Assembly (NCBI GenBank): GCA_043765155.1
Contig: JAYUJP010000053.1
Location: 14,116 to 78,115 of the forward strand
DNA length: 64,000 nt
Source: a bacterium
GTDB taxonomy: Bacteria > Patescibacteriota > Minisyncoccia > Phycocordibacterales > UBA5272
Direction of reading: 5' to 3'
In this document: positions 30,428 through 38,695 of the stretch, piece by piece
Numbering within the stretch: the first letter of the stretch is position 1
How the letters are laid out: each line of letters opens with the position of its first letter
Translations under genes and position numbers: made by a program
Notes under the pieces: model-generated
Database searches by the model: none
Told to the model about the DNA's origin: nothing
The model's input: only the letters and a program-made list of their open reading frames with translations

Positions 30428-31888
30428 ATGAAAACCAACGAAAACCAAAATCAAAATAAAAATGGAAAACCTAATTTAAATTCAGAAGAAGCTAAAGAAT
30501 TACAGCAAGAATCTAAGCTAACAAAACCGATTAGAAAAATACCAGTTACAGTATTGACTGGATTTTTAGGTTCTGGTAAGACTACTCTTTTAAATAAAAT
30601 TTTAGATGAGTGCAAAAAGAATGGAGAGAAAGTTGGTATTATAGAAAATGAATTTGGAGCTATATCTATTGATACTGACTTAATCTTAGGAAAAGATGAA
30701 GAGATAATGGAGGTCAAAAATGGCTGTATGTGCTGTACGGTTAGGCGTGACCTAGTTAGAGTGCTCAGAACCCTCATAGAAAAAGGTAATCCATATGATA
30801 GGTTAATAATAGAAACTTCTGGAGTCGCTAACCCGTCACCAATAGCTCAGACATTTTATGGCCTAGAAGATATATACGAGAATTTTGATTTGCAAGGTAT
30901 AGTTACTGTAGTAGACGCTAAAAATATATTAGACCAAGTAAAAACAGAGCAAGTGATACAAGAGCAAATTGCTTTTGCTGACCTACTAATAATGTCAAAA
31001 ATAGACCTTGTAGACGAGAAACAATTAGCTGAAGTTAATGCTATGGTCAATACTCTTTCTAACGGTGTTGAGATATTAGATATGAGCAATGCTCACGCTG
31101 ACCTAAATAAAATAATAAACTTGTCTGGCTTTAATCCTGAGAGGGCGTCAATCATAGACCCAAGATTTATGCAGCAAGATACACCGTATAAGTGGATAGG
31201 AGCTTATCATTTTGAAAAGGGAATATACAATATGGACTTTTATGCATCTGGTACATCTCATACTTCTGAGTTATTTTTACTAAGAAAAGAAGATAAAACT
31301 ATAGACCAGGAACTAATAAATAATAAATCAAAAGAAATATTTGACACTTTTTTCCTAGATCAAAAAGCCATGCGGGCAAATGGTAAAATAACAGTGAGCG
31401 ATGTCACATTAGAAAAAGCTTTAGAAGATAATAAGGTAGCAATTAAAATAGAAATAAAAGAAGCTGGAGACTATATGCTAGTCACTCAGCATATACCTGA
31501 AAGCATAATAATAAAAAGTGAGCAGAATGACAAAGTGGAAGTAAAATATTATCTAGAAAATAAAATAGAAACAAAATATAAAGAAAAAGAGGGTCTAGGC
31601 TCGGTCGCTATGACTAGCGATGAAGATGCTGACCCGATTGATATAGACGGATTTTTAGAGTGGCTAATAATGAATCCGGAATATAATATACTCAGAATAA
31701 AAGGTATATTTAAAATCAAAGGTAAAGAAAATCTTTTTGTAGTGCACAGAGTAAATACTGTGACTGAGACATATATGATACCAAGAAAAAATCAAGATCA
31801 GAAGACACAATTTGTCTGTATAGGTTACAGGTTGAATAAATTAGATATACAAAAAGAATTTAACTTTATATTTAATAAAGGGGAATAA
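30428..31888 (+). CDS. COG0523-family G3E GTPase (CobW/ZigA/YeiR-like metallochaperone), paralog 1
   Basis: P-loop GFLGSGKTTLLN, the metal-binding GCMCCT motif, and a CobW_C-like C-terminus. Confidence 0.85.
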   Translation: MKTNENQNQNKNGKPNLNSEEAKELQQESKLTKPIRKIPVTVLTGFLGSGKTTLLNKILDECKKNGEKVGIIENEFGAISIDTDLILGKDEEIMEVKNGCMCCTVRRDLVRVLRTLIEKGNPYDRLIIETSGVANPSPIAQTFYGLEDIYENFDLQGIVTVVDAKNILDQVKTEQVIQEQIAFADLLIMSKIDLVDEKQLAEVNAMVNTLSNGVEILDMSNAHADLNKIINLSGFNPERASIIDPRFMQQDTPYKWIGAYHFEKGIYNMDFYASGTSHTSELFLLRKEDKTIDQELINNKSKEIFDTFFLDQKAMRANGKITVSDVTLEKALEDNKVAIKIEIKEAGDYMLVTQHIPESIIIKSEQNDKVEVKYYLENKIETKYKEKEGLGSVAMTSDEDADPIDIDGFLEWLIMNPEYNILRIKGIFKIKGKENLFVVHRVNTVTETYMIPRKNQDQKTQFVCIGYRLNKLDIQKEFNFIFNKGE

Positions 31889-31920
31889 TAAAAATAAAAT
31901 AGCTTAGCTAAGACAAAAAT

Positions 31921-33306
31921 ATGCAAGATGAAAATGCCAAAGGTGAAAAAATTATAAACAAAAAAATACCCGTAACCGTTATAACTGGATTTTTGGGTGC
32001 TGGTAAGACCACTCTTATCAATAGCATACTTGGCGGCAAGCATGGTATAAAGTTCGCAATTATAGAAAATGAATTTGGAGAAATAGGTATAGATAATGAG
32101 ATACTCGAACATGCCGAGGAGGAAATAGTCGAGATGAATAATGGCTGTATATGTTGTACTGTACGAGGTGACCTCATAAATATAATTAAAAAACTTTTGG
32201 CCAGAGACGTGCCTCCAGAGCATATAGTCATAGAGACTACTGGTCTCGCCGATCCGTCACCTGTGGCTCAGACATTTTTAACTGATTCAGAGCTAATGCA
32301 AAAAACTTATCTGGACTCGATACTTACAATAGTGGATGCCAAGCATATGTATATACATCTAGAGAGTAGCCCGCAATACAAAGATCAAATAGCTTTTGCT
32401 GATACTATACTGCTTAATAAAATAGACTTGGTGGATGCCAAAGAAATAGAAAAAATAGAAAATGACATACTTAAAATAAATAGATTCGCAAAAATATATA
32501 AAGTCCAAAATAGTATTATAGACATAAAGAAAATACTCGGCATAAATGGCTTTGATGTAGAAAAAGCTTTGGATGTTAATTCAAAATTCTTAGAAATAGA
32601 ATACCCTTTTGAATACGGAGCTCTATATAACTTTAAGGCAGATGATTACACTCTAGAATTAAATAAAAATGGTGACGAGGATAAGATAAAAATCTTACTC
32701 GGTCCTATGACTAGGTCCATAGAGATGTCAGACCTTATGACAATAGCTAATCCGCTCGCCCTACTATTTTCAGAAAAAAATCAAGATATATTACTTGATG
32801 GCATGAGCATACCTCAGGAGCAGCAAGTCTTTACTTATGGATTAAAAGACTCGGTTAATATATTCAAATTTAGCCTAACTCAAGATTCTAACTTTTTCTT
32901 ATTTTCTGAGCATCACGCTAATGAGTTTGATTTAAAAATAAAAAATAGTAAAGGAGAAATAATAAAGCCTGCTGTATACAATAATTTTAAACCAGAACAT
33001 GAGCATGACGATGAAGTGTCTAGTGTGGGTATAGAAATAAAGGGGGAACTTGATCCTGCTATGTTTATCTATTATATAGACACGATTATAAAAGATTATG
33101 GTGTAGACCTTTATAGATACAAAGGAGTAATAGCTATAAACGGTGAGGATAAAAAGATAGTATTGCAGGGAGTGCATATGCTATTTAATATGACTCCATC
33201 TAAAAACTGGAATAATGAGGAGAAAATTAGTAAAATAATATTTATAGGTAAAAATCTAGATAGAGATATCTTAACTCAGGGATTTATAAGTTGTAAGATA
33301 AAGTAA
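31921..33306 (+). CDS. COG0523-family G3E GTPase, paralog 2 (tandem duplicate)
   Basis: GFLGAGKTTLIN and GCICCT motifs. Collinear with paralog 1. Confidence 0.85.
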   Translation: MQDENAKGEKIINKKIPVTVITGFLGAGKTTLINSILGGKHGIKFAIIENEFGEIGIDNEILEHAEEEIVEMNNGCICCTVRGDLINIIKKLLARDVPPEHIVIETTGLADPSPVAQTFLTDSELMQKTYLDSILTIVDAKHMYIHLESSPQYKDQIAFADTILLNKIDLVDAKEIEKIENDILKINRFAKIYKVQNSIIDIKKILGINGFDVEKALDVNSKFLEIEYPFEYGALYNFKADDYTLELNKNGDEDKIKILLGPMTRSIEMSDLMTIANPLALLFSEKNQDILLDGMSIPQEQQVFTYGLKDSVNIFKFSLTQDSNFFLFSEHHANEFDLKIKNSKGEIIKPAVYNNFKPEHEHDDEVSSVGIEIKGELDPAMFIYYIDTIIKDYGVDLYRYKGVIAINGEDKKIVLQGVHMLFNMTPSKNWNNEEKISKIIFIGKNLDRDILTQGFISCKIK

Positions 33307-33328
33307 ATATAAAAACTATTTTGTCATT

Positions 33329-33361
33329 AAAAGAGCCGCCCGTAGGGCGGCTCTTTTACTT
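33329..33361. terminator. Bidirectional terminator
   Basis: AAAGAGCCGCCC-GTA-GGGCGGCTCTTT hairpin. Confidence 0.7.
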
Positions 33362-33379
33362 ATTTTTTATATATATCAC

Positions 33380-34450
33380 TTAGTGAGAGTGCCCACTTAA
33401 ATGCGAATGACCATGTGAATCCCCTACTCTATCTTTTAGATCTGCTACCTTTATAAACCTCACCGCGAAGTAAGTAGTGAGTGGTATAGCCAAAAGTAAG
33501 CCAATAGAAGAAATGGTCGCCCTAAAAATCTCAGTAGCAACAACTTCAGAATTTAAAAGTATATTAAGCGGTATATCGGAAGTATATAAGAACATAAGCT
33601 GCGGTATAGAGCTAGCCACATAGGCTAGTATCAGAGTGTTTATCATCGCGCCGCCATGATCACGTCCTATATTCATAGCCCTCTTATAGCAGTCATAATT
33701 GGTGATATTTTTATTCAGAGTTTTTATCTCTTCTACAATTTTGGCCTGAGTTATCGCCCCATCATCTACTGCCCCTATCACTCCGATTATTATGCTAGCT
33801 ATTATTAGGAACGATAAGTTAATATAACTACCAGGACCACTCATTCCATTTTCTATATAATAAGATCCAGCATCGGTATAACCACCCAGCTTTGAGTATA
33901 TAATAATAGCATAGGACATTAACACTGTTATAAATATAGAAATACTACAACCAAGTAGAGCTGCGTACGTGACCTTACTCTTACCATGTGTTATAAACAT
34001 ACTGAGAGCAAGCAATAATGTCGCTATGCCGGCCGAAAGTAGTACTGGATTATAGCCTTTGGCCATAGCTGGTATAAGAACTAGAAATATAACTAAAAAG
34101 GATACGGTAAGTGAGAATAACGCCCTAAATCCTTTGAGACCAAAAATACTTATAACTACAGCACAAAATATAAATATAGACCCATATATTTCTGGGCTGC
34201 GTATCTTGTCACCAAGCGCAATATAAGAAGAGTCTGGAGCCTGCACTTGCTTAACATATACCCTGTCTCCGACCGAGTATTTATTACCCTCAGAATACAC
34301 CTCAGTGGTCGAAGACACTCCACTCTTATCTAAAAATTTTATAATATAATTGGGTGGTAATACTTTATCATTACTATATATTTCACTACTTGTGTTATTT
34401 TTAATTTCTATTAGCTCGCCCGGTATATACTGCGTTTTGTTTTGATTCAT
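33380..34450 (-). CDS. YibE/F-like polytopic membrane protein with C-terminal His-rich tail
   Basis: N-terminal extracytoplasmic segment, then about 7 TM helices. C-terminus GDSHGHSHLSGHSH. Confidence 0.5.
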   Translation of the reverse strand: MNQNKTQYIPGELIEIKNNTSSEIYSNDKVLPPNYIIKFLDKSGVSSTTEVYSEGNKYSVGDRVYVKQVQAPDSSYIALGDKIRSPEIYGSIFIFCAVVISIFGLKGFRALFSLTVSFLVIFLVLIPAMAKGYNPVLLSAGIATLLLALSMFITHGKSKVTYAALLGCSISIFITVLMSYAIIIYSKLGGYTDAGSYYIENGMSGPGSYINLSFLIIASIIIGVIGAVDDGAITQAKIVEEIKTLNKNITNYDCYKRAMNIGRDHGGAMINTLILAYVASSIPQLMFLYTSDIPLNILLNSEVVATEIFRATISSIGLLLAIPLTTYFAVRFIKVADLKDRVGDSHGHSHLSGHSH

Positions 34451-34500
34451 AAAAATTATTTTGAATAAAGATTTATTTTGATTGTCATATTATAACATAA

Positions 34501-34560
34501 AAAAGCCTCGCATACTTTTTGAGTAGCGAGGCTTAGCGGCTGACCTTACGGTCAGCCGCA
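34501..34560 (-). terminator. Tandem hairpins (GNRA-loop hairpin plus T-tract hairpin) terminating the 34572-35189 gene
   Basis: GCGGCTGACC-GTAA-GGTCAGCCGC and GCCTCGC...GCGAGGC followed by TTTTTT on the minus strand. Confidence 0.65.
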
Positions 34561-34571
34561 CTAACAAAAAA

Positions 34572-35189
34572 TCAATGCACATGCACATGCTTACCTTTTA
34601 ATAAAAGAAAAAAGCTTGAAATTACGCAGCCGATCACCCCACCAATCATCACAGAGTGTAATATCCCTCCGCTATTATTGTGTACATGTCCTCCCATACT
34701 TTTTTGCAGCTCGAGAGCCTGCTTAAGTAGTGGTGACATTGCAAACGGTGACTGTGTAGGCGCTGGCACATAAAAGTACCAGAACATAACGCCAATAATT
34801 ACAAGCGCAGAAACAAGCAATACATGAGCGTACTTACCATAATGCACCCTAGCCTCGACAAAGAGAAACATGAGGTCAAAAATAGCGTGCACCCCGTAAA
34901 ATGCTAGCTCACTGTTGCTGTAGTGATTACCATGCAGCGCATGATGATACCACTCTATGCCCATATGAGCGACTAAGAAAAATGAAGGCGCATAGCCATG
35001 ACTTTTGTGAGCCCATAACGCAGCGACTAATCCAGCAAATAATCCTAACACCATATGCCATGAACCAAGGCCCATCTGGGATACATGAGAGATTAGTAAT
35101 CCAACATAAGCTAGCAAGAAAAATATAAAGAACGATTTGTGGTGACTTAACACCTTTTGAAACGAAAACAATTTTTGATGAGTTAACAT
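34572..35189 (-). CDS. His-rich integral membrane protein, 205 aa
   Basis: About 15 His including a C-terminal HVHVH. Elevated GC. A canonical SD (AGGAG, 7 nt upstream) is present. Confidence 0.55.
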   Translation of the reverse strand: MLTHQKLFSFQKVLSHHKSFFIFFLLAYVGLLISHVSQMGLGSWHMVLGLFAGLVAALWAHKSHGYAPSFFLVAHMGIEWYHHALHGNHYSNSELAFYGVHAIFDLMFLFVEARVHYGKYAHVLLVSALVIIGVMFWYFYVPAPTQSPFAMSPLLKQALELQKSMGGHVHNNSGGILHSVMIGGVIGCVISSFFLLLKGKHVHVH

Positions 35190-35202
35190 CTAAATCTCCT
35201 AA

Positions 35203-35232
35203 GAAAAAAGGCGTCACGTGTGACGCCTTTAT
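35203..35232 (-). terminator. Rho-independent terminator
   Basis: GGCGTCA-CGTG-TGACGCC followed by TTTTTT on the minus strand. Confidence 0.65.
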
Positions 35233-35251
35233 AAAAGTTTTTGAATTAATC

Positions 35252-35941
35252 TTATGCAGCTAGCGCAAGCGGCTCTGCAACAGCTTCTCGGACTGCTATT
35301 AATGCCTGACGTACATCATTTGACATCTCAAGAGACGCTAATGGTAGAACATTTAGCTCAGTCCACATCCGCTCATAAGACCTAACCTCGGCTTCACACA
35401 TATCAGTAGGCAGTACACGAATCGTGTCAAAGTCTACATTGTGAACCATTTTCCCAACTCCTTCACCCCAGCTACGCCAGTGATTCAGAGCGCGATAAAA
35501 GTTTGTATTTTCGAAATTACTCTCGATAGACGTGATGCCGCAGCCACAATCATGATACGATACAAATCGCATTCCATATTTTGCCAATGCTTTTTGTAGC
35601 AAATCCACATTACGCATCCCTAAGCAAAAAGCTAAGAGAGCATCATGAAATGGGATCATTCCCTCTGTCTGATAGCGCTCACCAGTCTCAAAATGCATTG
35701 CCGAGAATGGCATTAAGGCTACACCGCTAATGTTATGTGACCATTTTTGATGATCAAGACGATGAGCGAGTGTAACAAGAGCTACAAATACCGCAGCTTT
35801 AGGCTTGGCGTTATCGGTAATTGCGATATAAATATCGTCAATTACTTTGGGGCTAAAGCAGCCGTGACGAGATTTCAAAATCTCCACGTCACCCTTGTTA
35901 ACTGGGCGATCCCAATTATTACCTGATTGAACTGTACACAT
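35252..35941 (-). CDS. Cys-containing hypothetical protein, 229 aa, probably horizontally acquired
   Basis: GC is around 45%, versus about 33% locally. A canonical SD (AAAGGAG, 7 nt upstream) is present. Contains a YHDCGCG motif. No family assigned. Confidence 0.5.
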   Translation of the reverse strand: MCTVQSGNNWDRPVNKGDVEILKSRHGCFSPKVIDDIYIAITDNAKPKAAVFVALVTLAHRLDHQKWSHNISGVALMPFSAMHFETGERYQTEGMIPFHDALLAFCLGMRNVDLLQKALAKYGMRFVSYHDCGCGITSIESNFENTNFYRALNHWRSWGEGVGKMVHNVDFDTIRVLPTDMCEAEVRSYERMWTELNVLPLASLEMSNDVRQALIAVREAVAEPLALAA

Positions 35942-35998
35942 AAGCTTCTCCTTTGTTGTGCGTTAAAAAGAACTACTAACTTTGCGGGAATTATTTCC

Positions 35999-36036
35999 CA
36001 CATATTTATTTACAAAAAATTATAAACAAATATGTG
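35999..36036. promoter_or_regulatory. 16-6-16 near-perfect inverted repeat (candidate operator) upstream of the 35252-35941 gene
   Basis: CACATATTTATTTACA-aaaaat-TATAAACAAATATGTG. 14 of 16 arm positions are complementary. Confidence 0.5.
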
Positions 36037-36056
36037 AGAAATAATATATTTAAAAA

Positions 36057-36917
36057 CTATGCTTTTGATTTTTTAATAGTATGAAAATCTTGCATACTAT
36101 TTAGATTACCTCTCCTTCTTAAACTTTTAACTTTTGCTAAAACATTTTGCATTGACTCTTTGGTCTCATCTTTTACTAAGGCATAATCATAACTCATAAC
36201 GTTTTGGTCAAAAGGAATCTCACCTAAAATATTCATACTATTTTTAGCGACAAAATCATGATAAAAATCATTTTCGGCCGGCTTATTAACAACAGAGAAG
36301 CATGGTATCATTGTCTTTCTGCATATTTCTTGTATCTGCTCAAATACTTTTATACTATTTCTGTGCGGCTCTACAACACCAATAACAGCGTCTATACCAG
36401 CATATAATCCATAATTAAGCATATCGGCACCAGCCACGCTATCTATAACTACAAATTCATCACCCTCACTGAGTAGTCCTAGATAATACTTGAGCGGGCC
36501 AGACAGTCCGTGCGCACATTTGTCGCTAAATAAAACATCAGGGCTACCAAGACCTACATTTATAAGCGATATCTTTTCTGTGACTTTATTACTGATTGAC
36601 TGAGTATAGTCATCTGCAGGCTTAAGTGTAAAAGTTGGGAGCGCTCTTTCCGTCTCTGTGATAAGGCGTGACCACTGCTTATCCTCAGCAAGGCCAACAG
36701 CCTCCATAAATATCTTGTCTGTCTTGTGCATTAGTATTGTCTTTTCTGGATCAAGACCAAGATTACTGGTCAGGTCCATATTGTGATCAGCATCAATAGC
36801 CAACACAAAATTACCCATATCCTCTATGGTTTTAACAGCTAGCCAAGATACTGAACTTTTTCCGCTTCCTCCTTTTCCTACAAATGCAATTTTCATAATT
36901 AGAATAATATTGTACAC
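36057..36917 (-). CDS. CooC/MinD-family P-loop ATPase (deviant Walker A; metallocentre-maturation-type)
   Basis: IAFVGKGGSGKSS...LAIDADHNMDLTSNLGL, which matches the CooC-type pattern KGGVGKT...DADPN.NL. Confidence 0.65.
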   Translation of the reverse strand: MYNIILIMKIAFVGKGGSGKSSVSWLAVKTIEDMGNFVLAIDADHNMDLTSNLGLDPEKTILMHKTDKIFMEAVGLAEDKQWSRLITETERALPTFTLKPADDYTQSISNKVTEKISLINVGLGSPDVLFSDKCAHGLSGPLKYYLGLLSEGDEFVVIDSVAGADMLNYGLYAGIDAVIGVVEPHRNSIKVFEQIQEICRKTMIPCFSVVNKPAENDFYHDFVAKNSMNILGEIPFDQNVMSYDYALVKDETKESMQNVLAKVKSLRRRGNLNSMQDFHTIKKSKA

Positions 36918-36943
36918 TAAATGCGAATAACTTGCAAGTATTA

Positions 36944-38110
36944 CTATTTTATTACCCCACCGCCCAGCACTCTATTATTTTTGTCATACATAACTAAACT
37001 TTGGCCGCTCACACACAAAATATTACTATTAGTAGTAAAAAATTGTTTTTCTGCATTATATTTTATTTCAAATAATTCTCCTCTGTACCTAGATCTAGCC
37101 AATACTTGATTTTTAAATATTTCTAATTCTTTTTTATTATTTATATCTATCAATATATTTACTTCTTCTAAATATATTTTATTATTAGAATCTGGATTAT
37201 TTAAATTATTATCTTTTGAATAAATTACACTTTGCGTTAGTTTATCTTGCGAGACTATTAAAACATTATTTTCTAAGTCTTTTTCTATTACAAAATAAGG
37301 TGTATTGTTTTCATTTTTATCTGAGTTTTTTTGATTTATTACAAAGTCGTGGCGCTCACCTATCGTATACAATATTACACCTTTATGCTCACCAATAATT
37401 TCTCCTAATTCATTTTTGGTTTGCCCCTTTTCTGGATTAAGCTCTCGTATAAGAAAATCTTTTACACTCACGTCACCACCCAGCATGCATATACCCTGAC
37501 TATCTTTTTTGTCCGCTACCCACAAGTTATTTTCTTCTGCTATTTTTCTTATCTGTGATTTTTCCAGGTTAGCAAGTGGGAATAATATCCGGCTCAAGTT
37601 TTCTTTTTGTATCTGATATAAAAAATAAGACTGATCTTTGGTCTTGTCCTCTGCAGCAAAGAGTTCGTATCTTTCTGTACTATCTTTTTCTATTTTAGAA
37701 CTCTTAACTATTTTTGCATAATGTCCCGTTGCTATATAATCAGCACCATTACTCATAGCATAATCTAAAAATGCTCCAAACTTTATATACTTGTTACACA
37801 TCACGTCCGGATTAGGGGTTCTATTATTTTTATATTCTGACAAGAAATAATCTATCACAAACTTTTTATATTCTGACTCTAGATCTAATGTTATAAACGG
37901 TATGTCTAGCTGGGCACATACACGCATAGCATCCAGCCTATCCTCTTTCCAGGTGCACTCAATATAATCTGGCTGCCAAGTCTTGATAAAAAACCCCGTA
38001 ATATTATGCCCAGCATTTTTAAGCAGTAGCGCCGTCACGCTACTATCTACGCCGCCTGACATGCCGACAAATATTTTTTCTACTTTTTGTTTTTCTTTAC
38101 CGAAATTCAT
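36944..38110 (-). CDS. mnmA: tRNA-specific 2-thiouridylase MnmA (with N-rich insertion)
   Basis: PP-loop VGMSGGVDSS, catalytic Cys, 388 aa. Confidence 0.9.
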   Translation of the reverse strand: MNFGKEKQKVEKIFVGMSGGVDSSVTALLLKNAGHNITGFFIKTWQPDYIECTWKEDRLDAMRVCAQLDIPFITLDLESEYKKFVIDYFLSEYKNNRTPNPDVMCNKYIKFGAFLDYAMSNGADYIATGHYAKIVKSSKIEKDSTERYELFAAEDKTKDQSYFLYQIQKENLSRILFPLANLEKSQIRKIAEENNLWVADKKDSQGICMLGGDVSVKDFLIRELNPEKGQTKNELGEIIGEHKGVILYTIGERHDFVINQKNSDKNENNTPYFVIEKDLENNVLIVSQDKLTQSVIYSKDNNLNNPDSNNKIYLEEVNILIDINNKKELEIFKNQVLARSRYRGELFEIKYNAEKQFFTTNSNILCVSGQSLVMYDKNNRVLGGGVIK

Positions 38111-38165
38111 ACTTAGTATTATATCACAAACACTAATTAACCTAAAAATATGATATAATTAGAAT

Positions 38166-38675
38166 ATGAATAACACTTTTAAGAAATATCTGCCTAGTCT
38201 GGTATATGGTGGTAGTGACGGGGCGGTATCTTATTTTTCACTTATGGCCGGCGCCTACGGCGCCGGTGTCCCTCTAAAAATACTTATAGCAATTGGAATA
38301 TCAAATGTAATGGCTGATGGTCTTTCTATGGCTAGCGCCGACTATTTATCTGAGGACTCTAAAAATCAAAAAAATACCAATCCTTTATTTGATGCTTTTT
38401 TTACTTTTATATCTTTTGTTTTGCTTGGTCTTATACCACTAATGCCAACGCTATATGCTTATAATTTTTATGGGCCAGACTCATTACTTTCTTTTTATAC
38501 ATTTATAGTATCGACGCTTGTTACCCTCTGCGCATTTATCTTTATAGGTTATGTACGCGGTAAAGTTTTAAAAAGAAATTTATTTAGAACGATATTACAG
38601 TCTGTATTTATATGCTCCGCTTCAGCAATAGTCGCTTACTTTGTTGGTGAATATGTGGCTAAGATTTTGATATAA
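38166..38675 (+). CDS. VIT1/CCC1-family Fe/Mn transporter (short form)
   Basis: GGSDGAVSYFSLMAGAYGAG...NVMADGLSMASADYLSE. Confidence 0.7.
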   Translation: MNNTFKKYLPSLVYGGSDGAVSYFSLMAGAYGAGVPLKILIAIGISNVMADGLSMASADYLSEDSKNQKNTNPLFDAFFTFISFVLLGLIPLMPTLYAYNFYGPDSLLSFYTFIVSTLVTLCAFIFIGYVRGKVLKRNLFRTILQSVFICSASAIVAYFVGEYVAKILI

Positions 38676-38695
38676 AAAAGTATTTTTCGTATATA

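Noticed and set aside
30451-32231. Two similar ~107-aa ORFs (30451-30777 and 31908-32231) antisense to the two COG0523 genes
   Set aside because: Their similarity to each other simply mirrors the paralogy of the sense-strand GTPases. No independent coding evidence.
38248-38266. GC-only palindrome CCGGCGCC-TAC-GGCGCCGG inside the VIT1 gene
   Set aside because: It encodes the native Gly/Ala-rich VIT1 helix (MAGAYGAGV, conserved in the family). GCC and GGC codons are mutual reverse complements, so the palindrome is a codon-choice by-product.
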